Assembly: GCA_013416795.1 (NCBI GenBank)
Contig: RQSC01000008.1
Span: 358,172 to 364,860 of the forward strand
Direction: 5' to 3'
Length of the DNA stretch: 6,689 nucleotides
Source of the DNA: Prasinococcaceae sp. CCMP 1430
Taxonomy: Eukaryota; Plantae; Prasinodermophyta
Shown: piece by piece, positions 4,997-6,689 of the stretch
Position numbering within the stretch: the stretch's first letter is position 1
How the letters are laid out: every line of letters starts with the position of its first letter
Translations under genes and position numbers: made by a program
Notes under the pieces: generated by a model
The model's database searches: none
The model's input: only the letters and a program-made list of their open reading frames with translations
Told to the model about the DNA's origin: nothing

Positions 4997-6607
4997 TCAC
5001 CCCGCGGCGACGGCCCGCCGCTCGAGCTCCTCGAGGCGGGTCATCCACCCGTAGAGGTAATCGAAGTAGCGCTCCTTGTCGAAGGTCCCCTTGAAGAAAT
5101 TGCAGCTCAGGTTGACCTCGAGCAGGCAGCTGCCTGCCTGTTCTGTGAGCGCCAAGTCCCACCCGACGAGTGGCACACCCGGCAGGAGCCGCGCGTGCGC
5201 AGACTCGACGAGGTCGCGCGCGCCTTCGAGGCCGGGAATGCGCACGCCTCGCAGATCTCGGTCCGTGTCGGGGTGTGCAGCGAACGTGGGCGAGCGCAAC
5301 GGGGCACGCAACGTGAGGCCCTTGAGCCCCAGCTTGTACCAGTGGGCATTGGCAGTCCCGCCGATGATGGTCGCGCTGTCGAGGTCCACATCAAAGAGCA
5401 CGGACGTGTGGTCCGTCTCGGCTCCCGCACGGCCCGCGCGCCACACGCAGCTCAGGGCGCGAGGGCGCGGGGTCTGCGCAGGCCCCGTCGTGGCATGCGG
5501 CCAAGGGCGGCGCGGGGGCGCGGGCGCCCGGACGGGCGGGGCAGGCGGGGTGTCAGCACGCAGGCCTCGCCGCCGCCGTCCACTCGCCCCTCTCGAGCCG
5601 CGCTCTCGTTCTCGCGCACGCGCGCGTGCCGCGGGCTCGGCAGGAAAAACACTCAGCCTCGCGCGCGAGGCGCTCAGTTGCATGTCTAAGTTTGTTTTGT
5701 TGTTGTCGTCTTTGCCCGCGGCGAGCGGCAAGCGCCGGCGTGGGCACATGGGCGCGCGCGGGGCGCGCGCGGGGCGCGCACCGCGCAGAGGGCAAGTCGG
5801 CGCCATTGACGACCACCCAGGCGTACAGCGCGGCGCGCGCACCTCGCCTGGGCCGTCGCGCATGCCGTGCTCCGAGGCCGTGATGACCCTGCAGGTGGAC
5901 AGCGGCGCCCCCTCTGGGAGAAGCTCCCTCACCTCCTTCGAGTTGCACAGCCACGGCTGCACGATCCAGTCGCCGCCGTGGCGCGCATTGGCGTAGCTCT
6001 TGAAGCCGAGGCCGCCCTCCTCGTTGCGATGCTTCACCACCACCCGCGGCGCGTCGATCGAAGGGCTCACGGGCACGCCCGCGCCCTCGCACGCGCGCAA
6101 GAACGCGAGCTTGTCCTCCATGGCGTACCCTTCGTCACGCGTGACGCCCGCGTGCCACGCCGCCAGGTTGCAATTGAGCCGCCAGAGCGTGCACCAGTCG
6201 TCGGGCGCCAGCAGGAAGCGCCGGAAGAGCTCGCGCACTCCGGCGGCGCCACACAGCGCGGCGGCGTCTCCGGTCCACCAGGCGGCGGCCGCGCGGCGAC
6301 CCGCCTCCAGCAGGCACGCCAGCGGCAGCCCGTGCGTCAGGAACAGCCGCGCCGCGCGCCGCGAGCGCGCGAAGACGCTGAGCGGCACGCCCGTGCCGGG
6401 CAGCGCGACGTTGCGCAGGTTGGCCGCGCAGTCGTCCGCAAACGTCGGCGCGCGGTAGTGCGGCCGCGACCACAGGCGCAGCACGAGCGCCGCGCCGGCG
6501 TGCGGGTCGCCCATGGCGCTCATGGCGGCCAAGAAGGCGCCGGGGCCGCCGCTCAACCCGTGCCGCGAGATCAGGCGCCCGTCGACGCTGTACGCGCTAC
6601 TCGTCAT
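4997..6607 (-). CDS. ATP-grasp ligase of the sugar-transfer-associated / alpha-L-glutamate-ligase-like type, ~413 aa. Exons 6607-5843 and 5473-4997; a further upstream exon is possible
   Basis: Motifs in the expected order: EDKLAF...GVPV, VVVKH..EEGGLG, WIVQPWL.NS, LSTCRVIT, WRAG....TD, VD, HPDT...L.G..IP, AH..LP...VGWDLALT..G..LLEVN (E-x-N metal ligands). The track start 6643 is TTG; the first ATG is 6607 and is preceded by a possible acceptor (AATAG|G). Stop TGA 4999-4997. Confidence 0.85.
   Translation of the reverse strand: MTSSAYSVDGRLISRHGLSGGPGAFLAAMSAMGDPHAGAALVLRLWSRPHYRAPTFADDCAANLRNVALPGTGVPLSVFARSRRAARLFLTHGLPLACLLEAGRRAAAAWWTGDAAALCGAAGVRELFRRFLLAPDDWCTLWRLNCNLAAWHAGVTRDEGYAMEDKLAFLRACEGAGVPVSPSIDAPRVVVKHRNEEGGLGFKSYANARHGGDWIVQPWLCNSKEVRELLPEGAPLSTCRVITASEHGMRDGPGEVRAPRCTPGWSSMAPTCPLRGARPARAPRAPMCPRRRLPLAAGKDDNNKTNLDMQLSASRARLSVFPAEPAARARARERERGSRGASGRRRRGLRADTPPAPPVRAPAPPRRPWPHATTGPAQTPRPRALSCVWRAGRAGAETDHTSVLFDVDLDSATIIGGTANAHWYKLGLKGLTLRAPLRSPTFAAHPDTDRDLRGVRIPGLEGARDLVESAHARLLPGVPLVGWDLALTEQAGSCLLEVNLSCNFFKGTFDKERYFDYLYGWMTRLEELERRAVAAG
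5474..5842 (-). other. Spliceosomal intron (369 nt, in frame, stop-free) in the ATP-grasp gene
   Basis: Donor GAG|GTGCGC at 5842, CTGAC near 5556-5552, acceptor GCGCAG|ACC ending at 5474. The 123 enclosed codons are Arg/Ala/Pro-rich and separate the TCRVIT and ALSCVWRAG motifs. Confidence 0.78.
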
Positions 6608-6689
6608 CCTATTGGTGTGTGGGAACGTGTACTTCGCGTCCAAGGTGCGCGCGCGCGCGCGGCCGCGCGGCCGCGCGCTTGCGCGGAGC

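Noticed and set aside
4840-4999. SECIS element or selenocysteine read-through of the ATP-grasp TGA; also a C/D box snoRNA (TGATGA...CTGA) and an Sm site on -
   Set aside because: SECIS geometry is not met and the TGA follows a complete domain. No terminal stem or snRNA hallmark supports the other two.
4415-6458. Long plus-strand ORFs (424, 306 and 152 aa) and other R/A/P-rich ORFs
   Set aside because: They are antisense shadows of real genes or result from stop-codon scarcity at high GC; no motifs.

Overview
This is very GC-rich, compact eukaryotic genomic DNA with short GT-AG introns that carry CTGAC branch points. It most likely comes from a green alga (inferred from composition, intron style and plant/cyanobacteria-like proteins). 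Most ORF-track entries are GC artefacts. After splicing I can support five protein genes: (1) a 5'-truncated cyanobacterial-type PRC-barrel protein (+, runs into a 62-N gap); (2) SAP30BP/HCNGP (-); (3) TFIIE beta (+), head-to-head with SAP30BP across a G37 tract; (4) a ~98-aa small protein with a BC-box-like N-terminus (-); (5) a bacterial-type sugar-transfer-associated / alpha-L-glutamate-ligase-like ATP-grasp enzyme (-). The main unexplained element is a ~290-nt, heavily self-complementary intergenic block (4592-4884) that may be a structured ncRNA; I could not assign it to a known family. All family calls rest on recalled motifs, not on database searches.
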